Part shown: one piece after another, positions 13,728-29,498 of the stretch
How the letters are laid out: the number at the start of each line of letters is the position of its first letter
How positions within the stretch are numbered: position 1 is the stretch's first letter
Source of the DNA: Eledone cirrhosa
Lineage: Eukaryota
Length of the DNA: 64,000 bases
Assembly (NCBI GenBank): GCA_964016885.1
Contig: OZ024740.1
Span: 250,604,001 to 250,668,000, forward strand
Direction: 5' to 3'
Made by a program: the position numbers and the translations under genes
Notes under the pieces: generated by a model
Told to the model about the DNA's origin: nothing
The model's input: the letters and a program-made list of their open reading frames with translations, nothing else
The model's database searches: none

Positions 13728-15090
13728 TACAATATATAAGCAGTTTTATAAATAAATGTATGTAAAGAAAAACAGAGAGAGATAGAGAGAGATATGGGAG
13801 AGAGAAATAGTGAGGAGGTGAAAAATGAGAGGCAGTTGAGGTAACAGATGAATAATAATAATCATCATACAAATTGAGAGATTTAGGAGGGAGGGAGTAC
13901 TGTAATTATTTATTTATTTATTTATTTATTTAGTTATAGTGTTAAGGAGACGGAGATAAATAAAAAATAACTAAAGAGAAAACAGCGATACTTAGATTAC
14001 ATTATGTATAGAGGGAGGAGAAGAAAGCTATATCTAGAGAGAAGGATGACAGATTTACAACTTTACGTTATGTCCCATCATTTTGAATTATCAATTCATA
14101 TGAATTGGGTATTATACTGTAAATATCAATATTCATGAATGAGACATAGATATATAATGTGTGAAAAATAATGACCATATGTTTAGTTTAAAAATTCTTA
14201 GGTCTATATACCAAAACCTGAGATAAAACTTCAAAATACATAAGTATATATGTACTTACCGGAAAAAGAAAGAAAGAGAAAAAGAAAGAGAAAAAGAAAG
14301 AGAAAGAAAGAGAAAAAGAAAAAGAGAAGGTCATCTCAAGTTCTAGTTGACACTATAGATATACACGTGAACATACGTGATCAACTCTGTAATTTCTTAT
14401 TTCACACGAAAAAAATTTTTCCCTTGCGTTATAAAAGATTTTACTATATATATATATATACATACATACACATACATAAAAATATATATTAATATTAATA
14501 TTCCTGCCCTCACATACATGATTATCAATATATCAAAACGCTAAGAATACTTTCATCACTCCCTAGAGTGTCTAGGGCCTTAAAAGAACACAGTATGCCC
14601 CCCCCCCCCCCCCCCCCATATCAACCACAGAGATCAACCCTTCCAATTTATCTGACAATATATTGCCAAGTTCATTAGAAGCAATCAGAATCAAGAGCAA
14701 ACAAAAAACAAAATTATTCAACAAGACTTATTTAGCAGAAATCATTTAAAAGATTTAGGAGACCCTGTTGTTCTACAGATGCTCTTATATTTAGTATAGA
14801 AGTTTATCTAGCGTAAAATTTATTCAATAGATTGGGAGCATCAACATTTTAGGGTAGTTTAATTACATCATTAGTATATATTTATGAAGAAGGTTTAAAA
14901 AAGAAAAAGTTGAAGGAATCGAAAGATTTATCGTCAGGTTTCACAATTAATTAAATAAATATACTACATTTTAAATTTATATTTAAACGTTGAGTTCAAT
15001 CTATGTCTGCAGCAACTGAATAAATTGGTCCTTAGATTAAGGGAATTTTTAGATTTTAATATAAAGAATATCTCCTCCTTCATGTATATG

Positions 15091-15230
<140 letters not shown>

Positions 15231-16075
15231 TAAACAAATAATGAATAAACAATGAAAACAGTTCCTTATATTAAACAAAAAAAGTTCATTATTTAACGAT
15301 CGTTTCTAGGATATATATGTGTTAGAATTGGCATGCATATTCAACAGATCTATGTACAAAATTATACAAAATTATACAAACTATCAAGATTAAATATACA
15401 TACCAACACATATATACGCCGTCTTCAGAAATAATGAAATATATTTATTGATAATAACAACAATTCAAAATTTCAGGTCCGTTTGGGAACAAAATTGACC
15501 AATGAAAATACAAAAGGTTTAATGCAGTTCGGTGTGTGTATATACATGTAACTACCCTTACACATATTTTACAAAAATGTATGCACAACTTGTATACGCA
15601 TACGAAAAGGATGGATGCAAATACAAAATTTCAAGGTTAATGTCTCTGTAAGTTTATAATGCACAGATAAGATGCGTATAGACACATAAATATGAAATAA
15701 GTGTATATACATATTTTCATACTCACTCATATCCGTACAATCACACATACACACGCGTATATGCATAAACATACACATAAACTACGAACATACAAACACA
15801 CACACACACCCCCACTCACATATATATATGTGGATATAAAATCCTAAGCACATGGATATTAATTCACTCACATAAACATTGGCACACACATTTAGATCAA
15901 GATACAGAAATTAGGTGGGAGGGGGGGGAGAGGTCAGTATTCAACTGTTTGGGCAGACTGCTTAATATAGATGTATCTATAAACTAAGAAAATAAAAAAT
16001 AATAAATAATAAATAAACATTAAAAAGGAAAGAAAAGAAAAAGAAAAAGAAAAAAGAAAAAAGAAATATATCAAG

Positions 16076-16155
<80 letters not shown>

Positions 16156-17016
16156 CACGTACATACACACATATATATACACATACACACATACAAACAC
16201 ATACATACATATACACACATCCACACTTAGAACATACATACATGATATCCGGAATACATTGAGTTCTTCATACGGATTGGACACTACCGTAAACTCTTGG
16301 TAGATTTATCTACATATATATATATATATATATATATACATACATATACATGAATATACATGAATATACATATACATGAACACATTCATATACATGAATA
16401 TATCCACATATATCCCTGAATTTGTTAATATATCTAATGTTTCTTCTTTCTTTATAATGTATTATATATCTCTGATACTTAATCAATCTAATCCATTCGG
16501 ATTATTTTGTCCCAGTAATTCATAGAGCAACAACGGTTGAGGTTGTCACCACATTTCAGGGATATATGTGGATATATTCATGTATACGTATGTGTTCGCA
16601 TGTATCTGTGTATTTCTTTATATTGTTTATAACTCCCCATGGTAGAGTAACCATTGAAGTGTAGTGACTGCTGGATAGCTATCAATACTCAAACTTCTCG
16701 CCATCCTAGCCATCTCCTCTCTTCTACGGCTTTGTGGTATTTTGTTCTTGGTTGTAAGAGGCTTAGCTCTGTTTCTTGACCGCTGTATCACGTGATTGAC
16801 TCCCCCTCCGCCTTTCGGGATTCTATCTCGCGTCCTACGGACGTGTTTTGAAACTCTTATTTAGGTATCCTCTTGATAAGTCGGCAAACCACAAAAATAC
16901 CGTATCTCTGTGATGTAGTGTTTTTGCATAATATGCCACGAAACTACGTAGTCGAGGAGTGATGAAGGAATTTGGGTATGGTATATCTTATTAATTATAT
17001 CTAATGTTTCTTCTTT

Positions 17017-17052
<36 letters not shown>

Positions 17053-17651
17053 CTTGTTATATATATAACTTGTTAATAATTTCTATTGACAGGCTAATTG
17101 TATAAGTTTATTTTAAACTACTCGGTTGAGAACTTATTCGATTTGTGCTATTTATGCTATTTTTTGCATGATCTACACCAACTGAATTACTTTGCCAAAA
17201 TCTGGGGTATTCCCCTTGTGATTTCTACACGTGGTTTAACTTACCACCGTGGCATTCACTTATTTGGTACAGAGCGAAATACCTGTTGATAACGTGATAT
17301 TCCTTGTTCGATCGTTATACACAAAGCTTGTATGTTTAAGCAGACTGTATTTTGATTTAGGTGTCACAGAAACTCTACATCGGATTTTAACAGCAATTTC
17401 GGGAGTCCAGGTCCGGTTATCACTTATTTTTTATCATTTATTTGGTTTTGACCTGTTTAGCTTGATTTGGTTTTTGACTTGGGTGGTTAATGCTTTCTTG
17501 ACCATCTTTTCAGTTTTGTATGGGTTCTTAACAAATTGTTTAGCTCTGGTTTTTAACTATTGAGCACTTTGCCAGTATCATTTCTGATTTTTGCGTTTCG
17601 CTTCGCTTTTCCTGCCTGCCGAAAATGCGATTCTCGCTGAATCTTTATTTG

Positions 17652-17696
<45 letters not shown>

Positions 17697-17752
17697 GAGA
17701 ATCGCATTTTCGGCGAGCAGGAAAAGCGAAGCGAAACGCAAAAATCAGAAAT

Positions 17753-18014
17753 ATAGTAATTATAATAAATTTGAAGACTAAATTCCAAAGAGGGCTCGAT
17801 AAGGATATATCAGATATATAAGAACCGTAGTGCAAATATTTATTAAAATAACAGATTAAAGTTTAAGCAAAGAATCGCTGCTTTCACCCTTAATGGGATC
17901 TTCAGAAACTAAAAAAGTCAATCTGTGAACGCAGAAGTAAATATTTCAAAAAGCGTTGCATTGCAACCGTAGGAAGACAGGAAGACGATACTTTGCTTAA
18001 ACTTTAATCTGTTA

Positions 18015-18015
<1 letters not shown>
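17753..18015 (-). repeat. Solo pLTR fragment of the PLE family at 57952-63805
   Basis: Matches tagtaataataataaatttgaagactaaa...gcaaagaatcgctgctttcaccc; contains minus-strand CTGAAGA-tCCC attaa GGG-tGAAA, a degenerate HHR-like motif. Confidence 0.75.
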
Positions 18016-18051
<36 letters not shown>

Positions 18052-18095
18052 TCTCTTTCTCTATATATATATTTAGAGAAATAATATATATATAT

Positions 18096-18127
<32 letters not shown>

Positions 18128-18132
18128 TTATA

Positions 18133-18223
<91 letters not shown>

Positions 18224-18343
18224 TAAAAGAGAAAACACAGGTAAGCATTAAGAGAAGGATTTTTTCCAGGTATTTACGACCGTTTCATTGGTAAGTGCAA
18301 CCTTATATTGAACTGGATCGCAATAAGCAATTTTCTGCTTCCC

Positions 18344-18376
<33 letters not shown>

Positions 18377-18654
18377 TAATTGAACAAGTACTTTTCATGC
18401 TTTCGCAATCAGGTTCATATTCAGTGGTGACAGAGAAATTTGGAATTTTCAATTGTTTTCAACTGACAGTTGAAAATTGCAAACTTGACTGTCACCACTG
18501 AATATGAACCTGAAGATTGCGAAATCATGAAAGTACTTGTTCAATTAACACTTAACATTTAATAATCTATCATACTATTTCATTATAATATCATTATAAT
18601 TTTAAAGGATTGTAAATAAAACGAGTAAATCAGACAAAGTTGGAATTCCCTTTA

Positions 18655-20255
<1,601 letters not shown>

Positions 20256-20352
20256 TTTCTTATTGGCAAGATGACCCTCCCAAAGTATAACAATATCGGT
20301 TTCAACACACGTTTTCAGATAAAGATTCTTGCTAAACAAATTCAGAAACGAA

Positions 20353-20391
<39 letters not shown>

Positions 20392-20400
20392 AGTATATAT

Positions 20401-20437
<37 letters not shown>

Positions 20438-20439
20438 AA

Positions 20440-20724
20440 TTAAAATAACAGATTAAAGTTTAAGCAAAGAATCGCTGCTTTCACCCTTAACGGGATCTTC
20501 TGAAACTAACAAAGTCAATCCGTGAACGCAGAAGTGAATATATTCAAAAAACGTTACAACCGGAGGAAGACAGGAAAACGATAATTTGGTTCGTGGAAAC
20601 GTTCCCTGGCAAACAACGGGAAAAAACGAATATAATACATCATTATTTGGAGCGGTGAAAAACAATTACACGCAAAGACAAAAACCACGTTTATGGTATA
20701 AAAGAAGTTGTAGACTAATATTCT
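20440..20724 (-). repeat. pLTR fragment, same PLE family
   Basis: Sequence match to 61290-61570. Confidence 0.75.
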
Positions 20725-21752
20725 ACCAGATAGAAAAATGCGTACAGCAAAAAAAAGTAATATTGTTGGAATATAAACCTTTAAAAATACAGGACAAGAA
20801 ACTAAAATAAAACTTTAAAAGAATAGGACAAGAAACTAAGATAAAACTTTAAAGAATTGGACAAGAAATAAAAAAATTTGCAATAATATTAGTGGCAAAA
20901 TTTTTATTGGTAAAAAATCGAGTTCCACATTCATAGGCTCTGGGTTCCACATTCAGAGGTCGTCGTCAGACCGGGGGGATCATTTGATCCTGGTTTGAAC
21001 ACCAATTGGGCCACAACCATACCCCTATTTCATCATTCGGCGACACGCCTCATGTGTCATGCATAATGTGAATGGACCCATGGGCCCATGAGCACAGATC
21101 TTGAGCAGCAGCGGACGGTCTTGTCGTCCCGCTCATCCTTGATCTTGACCAACCCGTCCATCTTCTCCTTGCATCTTGTCCTTGAGTTCAAGTCCGGCAG
21201 TCCAGATGAATGCGTGCCACAGCTTTCTGGTACAGGAAGGAGGAGCAGGAGGACTGGAGGGATGACGGGACAGAGGGAGGGAGGACCGGTGGTTGAGGGA
21301 GGTGCCGTAGTCGGTGGTCAGAGTCGACATCTTGTCCCGGTCGTGTTCTCCATCTTCGTCTGGTGTTGCGGGACCAGAATTGCATTCTTGGAGGAGACCT
21401 GCAGCTGCATCGGCCAATTCTTCTTGCACTGGTCATTCTGATGGAGCAGAACTGCTCAGCCAACCAACCCCAACCAGAACCAACCGCTCAGGGGCAACGC
21501 ACAATGAGAGCATGACAATTATTATGCACTAATCAAGAAGATACTGGGGCATAGCACAGGAAACGAATAAAAAAATGTTGCCACTAATATTATTGTAACA
21601 TTTTTTATTTCTTGTCCAATTCTTTAAAGTTTTTATCTTAGTTTCTTGTCCTATTCTTTTAAAGTTTTATTTTAGTTTCTTGTCCTGTATTTTTAAAGGT
21701 TTATATTCCAACAATATTACTTTTTTTTGCTGTACGCATTTTTCTATCTGGT
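20725..21752. repeat. Inverted repeat (arms of about 180 bp) around a GC-rich core of about 650 bp
   Basis: 20725-20905 is the reverse complement of 21570-21752; arms contain three ggacaagaaa(c)taa subrepeats. Confidence 0.75.
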
Positions 21753-22719
21753 CTACTATTTTTTAAGGCAATGCAAGCAACAACTATCTAATAATTAAAA
21801 GATCATAGTGAATTACTGACAAGTGATTGACATTTTAAAGTTCTTTTGAGTATAATTGCAATCTAGTTGAGGCAACTGGCTTAATGACAAAGCTAGTAAA
21901 TCATGAATGCATTTGAGGTGATTAGTGCATAATAGTGAATTGGTGAAACTTGTGCATTTCAATGGTGTTACGGATAAAAACTGATACTGCTGTCTACGAC
22001 CTTTATATAGGATCGTCATGTTTCTCTGTATCTGCAATGTGGGTATACAAAATAAGAATTATGATATTAACTTTTATTTAAAATCCCCCAAAATGCTGTG
22101 CATGAAAACTTCAAAAAGTAATTCTATTTCTATTGATTCTATTGATGACCTCTTAGTTGCTCATACTAATTTTGTAAAAGATTTCAAGCCAATAATCAGA
22201 ATGATCTAGTATAATTTTTATGCAGATAAATGACTAATTAGTATAAAGGGCCATCCAGATATCATGTGGACACCGCGAACCAAAAATGGTCACATGATAT
22301 CTGGATGGCTCCTAAGCATCCCCTCCACATGGCGGGGACATGGGTCATCATCGTGGAGCACTCACCTATTTTTAAAATATTAGACTATGATAAATGAATT
22401 TAGTTAAAAATACAATTTGAAATATATTAGATTACCTCCCCTTGTAACTACCTCGTAATTACCTCCCCTAGCGTCACGCTTACTACTCATTCACTTGAAC
22501 ACAAGATTTATCAGCAAACTTTGATTATAAACTTTTTCCCGCTGGACCAAATTTCTAGATTTTTAAGCCAAAAGATGCGTAATGATCTACTGTTCATGCT
22601 CATATAAGTTTTATCTCAGTTAAATAAAGTAGAGCCGCGCTGTACTGTCGTAAACAGACGATTGCCAACGAAAACACGACCGCAACAATATTACTAAACG
22701 GACTACCGTCCGTTTAGGA

Positions 22720-23106
22720 TTAGGTGATTCATAGAGACGTTCTCTGGCAATAAACGAAAAAAACGAAGATAATACGTCATATGTGGAGCGGGTAGAACAA
22801 TTGCACGCAAAGACAAAACAACGTAAATGGTATAACTGAAGTAGACTAAAATTCTAACTAGGAATGATTCTCGGCTTCAGAGTTAAGAATAAAGTAAATA
22901 AAATAAATAAAATACAGAGATAATTGAAATTAAATAAATACATACACGCATCCATATACGTACATACGCGAAAACACTCGCCATAGGTATACAAATACAC
23001 GCACGTGCACACAAAAAAACCACATACAGAACCCACGCAACGCCTGTACCCGCACGCATACGAATGTATACACCAAATACATATAAAAATATATATTTAA
23101 AAATTA

Positions 23107-23142
<36 letters not shown>

Positions 23143-23357
23143 ACGTGTATATATATGATTAAATAAACGTATATAAATAAATAAATACGTATATAACAAG
23201 CGCACACACATAGCTACATGTAAATACACATATGTTCGGGGACGTACGTCAACCAAAACACAAAGTACACATATACACACACCCTACATACGTACGAACC
23301 CGCATACTCACACAGACGCAAAACTCCAGTATACACATAACCAAAGCATATGTACCA

Positions 23358-23365
<8 letters not shown>
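22720..23365 (-). repeat. 3'UTR/pLTR fragment of the 59024 PLE family
   Basis: Match to 58320-58860. Confidence 0.75.
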
Positions 23366-23398
<33 letters not shown>

Positions 23399-23426
23399 TG
23401 TAATAAACAACATAAGACAATTATTC

Positions 23427-23493
23427 CATTTACCAAAGGTTTCACGAAGACAGACGAGCTCGACACAGACGTCTGAAATCGTTCGTCAGAATG
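23427..23493 (-). ncRNA. Type-I hammerhead ribozyme (family of 28890)
   Basis: Minus strand CATT-CTGACGA-ACGA...TCGT-GAAA-CC ttt GG-TA-AATG. Confidence 0.75.
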
Positions 23494-23794
23494 AAATTTT
23501 ATTCGAAGTGGATGTGAGATATGGATTTCAAAACAAAGCCTAAAACAATTTAAAGCGTGGCTGATATAAAATAGAATAACGGACGTCATGTAATGGGGAG
23601 AATAGTAAATATATATATGTATATACATAAATATACACATACATATATAAGCATCTACCCATGTATATACTTATACTCACACGCATATACATAAACATAC
23701 GCACATGTACACACATATATACATACACATATATATACATACATAAATACACACGTATATATACACACACGCGTATACATACGTACATATACAT

Positions 23795-23843
<49 letters not shown>

Positions 23844-23999
23844 CACACACGCGCACACACATGTATAGGGATACACATACACACATACATATATACACTT
23901 ATACATATGTAATTACCTCCCTTAGCGAATTATACACCTTTCACCGTATTTATACCTATAACATCTAAAATCACTATGCATGGTGATGTGATATTATTA

Positions 24000-24432
24000 T
24001 ACCCTCTCAGGGTTTGTAATTAAGGACTTTGCTATATTAATATCTGCCTCTGATGAGCCCCCCCCCCCCCCCTGAGAAACACGTGTAAGAGCTATATAAA
24101 GATATGTTTTAACGGCTTGCAACTCATTATTTTGCTTATTCCACCTCTGCTTAATCTTTACACTAAATATTAACTTTCTCTAATATTTAACACTGATAAC
24201 CCAAGCATTGAGCACATTACGCATCTGCTTTTAGCATGTAATATTCTGTATTGCACCTCTTTATATCTCTTCTTTCTATCCTCTTTTACAATACTGTAAC
24301 CTATTATTATCGTGCTCCTTTCAGTCGAGCTCAACACACTAGTTGCCATCCATGTTGGAGAAACAACCGTTACCTATTACTCTCAAGTCAATACCTATAC
24401 CTAGCAGAAAAACTTACCTTAAACAACTCATC
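24000..24432 (+). mobile_element. PLE pLTR with degenerate HHR (24046-24092) followed by the start of the PLE ORF
   Basis: CTGATGAG...GAAACACGTGTAAGAGC; ORF start MLEKQPLPITLKSIPIPSRKTYLKQLI resembles MQKQHLNISTKNIPVPSRKTYLKLLI (61153); 24140-24290 resembles 10620-10770. Confidence 0.7.
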
Positions 24433-25371
24433 GCCGCTACCAACTTAATGTGCAGTGACGGCATGAGCACAATCCTAGGATCAACTAGTGGCTCCCACAT
24501 GACGTTCCGGGTCCCAACTACAAATTCTGTTCGCTGCTCCCAGTTCTTTCTTTTGTAGTGGTCAGAGGTGGCTCTGCTGTCCCAAAGGCAGAGGAAGCAT
24601 TGGAATTTGATAAAGCTTCCCTTGGAGTCCAAGCAAGAAAGCCACCATCTTGAAGTCTCCAATGATTTCCCAATTGTACTGGTTGTATTGCAGAGCTTCC
24701 AAGAGGACTTTCACACTGTAGTAATCTTCCTTCAGGCAGACTGAATGAGCTAGGGGCAGTGTCGGGAACTTGTTTCCATTGTGGAGGAGGACAAACTTGT
24801 GGTGGAGCTGTCTATAAATAGCCGCCACTCCTTGGGCACAAACGGCACCCCAATAACGTCAGACAGTCCAGGCACGTCATGGCAGAAGTAGAGGCCATCT
24901 CTAAGAGTGTAAAAGCCTTAGAAAGGTTCGTGTCGACTTCTCTGACTTGTCACCTGCACTTCCTTCTTGACCAAGTTCCACTGCTTCATCCTGGAGACGA
25001 ATGCTTAAAACACAACTTACCCTTTATTCAGGGTGCGAAAATCCAGTATCAATAAATCTCTTTAATCCACTTTTTAACAATTTTATACTTTATTGCACTT
25101 TTATAATTTTCTTTAGGTATTACTCTTTATTTTATAATTTTAATTTAACCTGAAACATATATAAAAAAAATCATTTAACATAAGCAAATTAAACTTACAT
25201 ACGACGTAAAATCCAGCATACAAATAATTCTCGTGAATAGCTTAGAATTTTTACAAACCCAAACTTTTAACTGTTTAATAGCACTTTTTTTTATTTATTT
25301 GGGACCTAAGCAACACAAAAAGGTGATTACAAGCCAGGAACAGAGAAAAAAGTTTTTTTTGTTACACTGTG
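24433..25371 (-). mobile_element. Chapaev(3)-like DNA transposon remnant
   Basis: Frameshifted LLHNGNKFPTLPLAHSV.LKEDY...WEIIGDFKMVAFLLGLQG / CFLCLWDSRA...EPLVDP...LHIKL motifs; minus-strand terminus CACAGTGTAACAAAA at 25371. Family assigned from recalled motifs. Confidence 0.65.
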
Positions 25372-25910
25372 TTATCATTGAAAATATTTTATATTGTTTA
25401 ATTTTGATATAATATAATAGTATAATTTGCTCAAATATAACCAAATACAATAGATTAAAAATTTCATGATATTTAATTGGTCGCTTCTACCTGACTTAAT
25501 ATTTGAAAAAAACTGTCACGCATCATGTCCCTTTCTTCTTTCTTTCTTTTTTATTTCTTTTCCTTTTCCAGTTATGTATTCCATCCTCTCATATATCTCC
25601 CCCTCCCTCCTTCTTTTTATCTTCATCTTTTTATTTTTTCCCTCCTCTCTTCTATTTAGCAGTCTCTCTCTCTCTTCTGTTTTTTCTCTAACACGGATAT
25701 TTACGGTTTTTTTTTATTTCTTCTATACTTTCTCATACTCACCCCCTCCTAATACATATATCTCGCTACATATCCCTCTCTCCATCATATTTAGTTTGTC
25801 ATGTTATTACTTGTGGTATATAAATATTGAGTTTTGTTGTAATAAATCACTGCCAAGAATGGAATTGAACCATCAACACAGTTGCGGTATGTCATACATC
25901 AATTCATGTA

Positions 25911-25972
25911 TTTTATCTGATGAGGACGTACTGATAAAACAGCACAGTACCTCCGAAATATATATAATAAAA
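25911..25972 (+). ncRNA. Type-I hammerhead ribozyme with (TA)n stem III
   Basis: P1 TTTTAT/ATAAAA, CTGATGA, P2 GGA-cGTACTG...CAGTAC-cTCC, GAAA, TATATA-TA. Confidence 0.8.
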
Positions 25973-26016
25973 CATATATTTTGATTATGTGAATGTCTCC
26001 ATTTATTAATATTTTG

Positions 26017-26060
<44 letters not shown>

Positions 26061-26329
26061 GATATTAAACAAATGGAAACTATATTTATAAAACCATATT
26101 TATTTCATTATACATATTTCAGGGATACATATTAAAAATATGGCATGCCTTCTTCAGATAAAATACAATATATAAGCAGTTTTATAAATAAATTTGACGT
26201 ACCATAAATATTGTTCAACTTCCATTTAAAAAAGTTGGTTTGAACAATAGTTGGTTTGGAAGTTGGTTTGGAAGTTGAACAATATTTATGGTACGTCAAA
26301 TTTATTTATAAAACTGCTTATATATTGTA

Positions 26330-26391
26330 TTTTATCTGAAGAAGGCATGCCATATTTTTTATATGGTATCCCTGAAATATGTATAATGAAA
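26330..26391 (+). ncRNA. Type-I hammerhead ribozyme in fold-back 26055-26440 (antisense copy 26103-26163)
   Basis: TTTTAT-CTGAAGA-AGG cATGCCATA...TATGGTAT cCCT-GAAA-TATGTA-TA-ATGAAA. Confidence 0.75.
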
Positions 26392-26520
26392 TAAATATGG
26401 TTTTATAAATATAGTTTCCATTTGTTTAATATCGTATATCTACTCCAAAACTTGTTGAGTGCTTTATATCAGTTATAAAATATTTACTCGTTGTAACCCA
26501 ACAATTTTAAATAAAACTTT

Positions 26521-26557
<37 letters not shown>

Positions 26558-27239
26558 GCACATACATACACATACATACACACACAGATACACATGTATA
26601 AATTTAAGAATACACACACACACATACATATATAAACAAAAACATACACACACATATATGCATATATATATATATATATACGCATACATAGACATGTAGA
26701 AACATACACACATACATATCACTAACCATATACATTTACACAAAATATGCAATAATACACACGCAATTATAAATAAATACATACAAAAGTGCATACATGC
26801 GTAAACATATATTCATACATTTCTCTGAATATATTATCTGAAAGATAGAAATAGGGTTCCCATAAATAAAATAATGAAATATAAGGGTGTATGTAGAAAG
26901 AGTATATCTATTAGGTAGAAAGAAAAAGGGATAAGAGTGAGAGGGTATGACAAAGGATATATGTGAATAAAGTGAATATGTGAGTGTTATTGGTTATAGA
27001 TAAAGTTAAGATTAAAGGTTAAAAAAGGGGAGAAGTGTTCAGGGTCTCTAAAAGGTTAAGAAGGGTGGACAGAAAGAAGGTGGTCGGTGTGTATGTGTTA
27101 AAAGTACGACAGAAAAGGGGGGGGGGCGGTATAATTAAAATAAATAAGTAGTAGTTAATTGTGTATAATGGTTGTGGTAAAATGTATGTGTTCATAAAGA
27201 GATCTGGGTAGTGAGTGGAAGAGTTAATTTGTAAAAAGA

Positions 27240-28830
27240 GGAAGTTCAGGGTGGTTGAGTGTTCGTATGTATATTATACCAGCTGGAAAGAAGATGTGAT
27301 TTCAGGTGTGAACAACTTCTGAATGTCTCAATTTTAGAATTGAGGCAAGTAGTAGGAGTTTTCAAATTTTGCAGTATTCTGTACTTTTCGGCCCAAAGAA
27401 CGTTTCTTTGTGCCTTTCTGATATTCTTTTGGGTAGTCTAAAATGGACCAATCAATCAAATTTGGAATCTTGCATTCTTTTAACTCCCACACTTTATTAG
27501 CCAGCGCCGTAGATGTTCTTTTGTCTGGGTGTTTGAAGGAAGCGACATGTACATGTTATCTGATTTTGAATCTATCTTGCGTCATGCCCACATATCGCTC
27601 ACTCCTGGCTGGTTGGTTCTTCACAATGGATGTCAGTTTGGTCTCGTATACGATTGATTTCGTATTGCATTTGCCCTGTAGAGGGATTTCTTCAGCTTTT
27701 CTGCAACTACATCCTGGGTTTCCTTTAGATTTCATGCATGGGCAGCAAGAGTAGCTAATTTTAACTAAATTTCTATTAAATAACTTATTATGTTGTTGGG
27801 GGAAATGTTTGTCCAGAAATTCGAGGAATTTTCTTCCTACATTAGTTTAACTGTTAAAGAGAAAGGTTTAACTGTTAAAGAGAAACCATATTATTTTTCT
27901 TTTCCTGTTATTGTGTTTAGTGGTAGAAGGAGGAGTGGGTATATATTTGATTTGTTCGTTGAAGCCGCTATTTTTAAGGGCCTTATTATAATAAGGGGCT
28001 GCTTTATTGAAAATATCTATAGAAGAAGATAAGGTAGAGATCGTACGACTAATATTAGGAATAAGGTTTTTAAATACTATAGGAGGATGGGAAGACTCTT
28101 TGTGTATATATTTTAAATTTTCGTTAGGTTTATGATAGGGTTTGAAAGAAGCAGTAAGTAGGTCAAGATTGGTGTAGAGGAAATTGGTATTAGTTAGGTT
28201 AGTATCTATAGTAATTTTGAGGTTTAGGTTAGAGAAGGTATTAATTAAATCTTTACGGAATTTATCAAGGTTATGGCCGTTGGTGGTATGATAAACAGTC
28301 AATCAAACGTCTCGGTATAAGCCGATAGATAGTATGGTTGGGAAATTTCTCTTTAAGAGTGTGGAGGAGGAATAATCCAACCAAATCGCACACGTCGGCG
28401 CCATCGAGACATCAAAAGGGTTTTCTGGGCTTGATCTGTTAACCCAAGTTTCTTCTTTAGCGAAAAGTAACATTTTCCTAGCGTGTAAGATAACATCCTC
28501 CTCTAAATTAGATATATTAATAAAATGTCGCGCGAAATCTAAATATTTAATTAATAAGGATTCAGTGGTAGAGGGGTAGAAATCTACAATATCAAATTGG
28601 GTAAATCTACACTTTTCTCATGCATATTATTAAACCATGATATAACAGAGGAAGTGTTTAACCATTGGAATAATTCAGTTTAAGTTCTTATTTGAAGTAT
28701 TATATTTCTTACGATTTTTTACTTGCAAGACCGATTTCTGATTTAGCAGGGTTTATTAGTCTACAACTAGGTCGATTAATAATGTCTGATTTATGGTCTT
28801 TAAGTGTAATATATTCTTTACGTTTGGCTT
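27240..28830 (-). pseudogene. Degenerate PLE RT + GIY-YIG
   Basis: ORF 28302-27868 (TNFLYTNLDL...FKPYHKPNENLKYIHKESSHPP); flanking frames show [21 protein letters not shown] and a GIY-YIG related to 42486-43127. Confidence 0.8.
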
Positions 28831-28889
28831 TCAATTGTTTTAGCCTTTATTTAGAAATCCATATCTCACATCCACTTCAAATAAAATTT

Positions 28890-28956
28890 CATTCTGACGA
28901 ACGATTTCAGATGTCTGTGTCGAGCTCGTCTCTCTTCGTGAAACCTTTGGTAAATG
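28890..28956 (+). ncRNA. Type-I hammerhead ribozyme
   Basis: P1 CATT/AATG, CTGACGA, P2 ACGA/TCGT, GAAA, P3 ACC/GGT, GTA. Confidence 0.78.
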
Positions 28957-29340
28957 GAATAATTGTCTTAATAATATTTGAAAATTCTTCTAATTCTATG
29001 ATTACAAGATATAATTAATTCTTGTCGCTTATTTAATAGGTTATCCTTAGATTTCATCTTGCAATCATAGAATTAGAAGAACTTTCAAATATTATAAACC
29101 TAATTAATATACACCTTACACTTATATTTTACATATTATTATAATTAGTTTTTTTAATTTAGTTAACCTATAATTAGTACTTTACTACAGAGAACTTCAT
29201 AATTTTATTTCTCTCTTACAGCTCTCTTTTCCTAAAATTAATACCTAAAAGTATACATATAAATTAATTTAATTTCCTGTTATGAATCTAGATTCCTTGT
29301 AGTCTATATAAGATTGGTATTTCTCACTAATACATTTATC

Positions 29341-29498
29341 CCAGCAATTACCCAGTGTATTACCGGTACTTTATTTTATCGACCCCGTAATGATGAAAGG
29401 CAAAGTCAACCTCGGCGGGATTTGAACTCAGATCGTAAAGGGACGTAACTATGCTGGAAAGCATGGCGTCCGACCCTCTACTGATACTGCCAATCCAC
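29341..29498 (-). mobile_element. tRNA-derived SINE
   Basis: Same as 36135, 38767 and 46841: GGATTGGCAGTATC...GAGTTCAAATCC...CTTTCATC...GGGGTCGATAAAATAAAGTACC. Confidence 0.8.

Noticed and set aside
18505-18535. CTGAAGA-ttgc-GAAA-tcatga as an active hammerhead
   Set aside because: No P2 stem and no clear P1 or NUH site; at most a decayed remnant.
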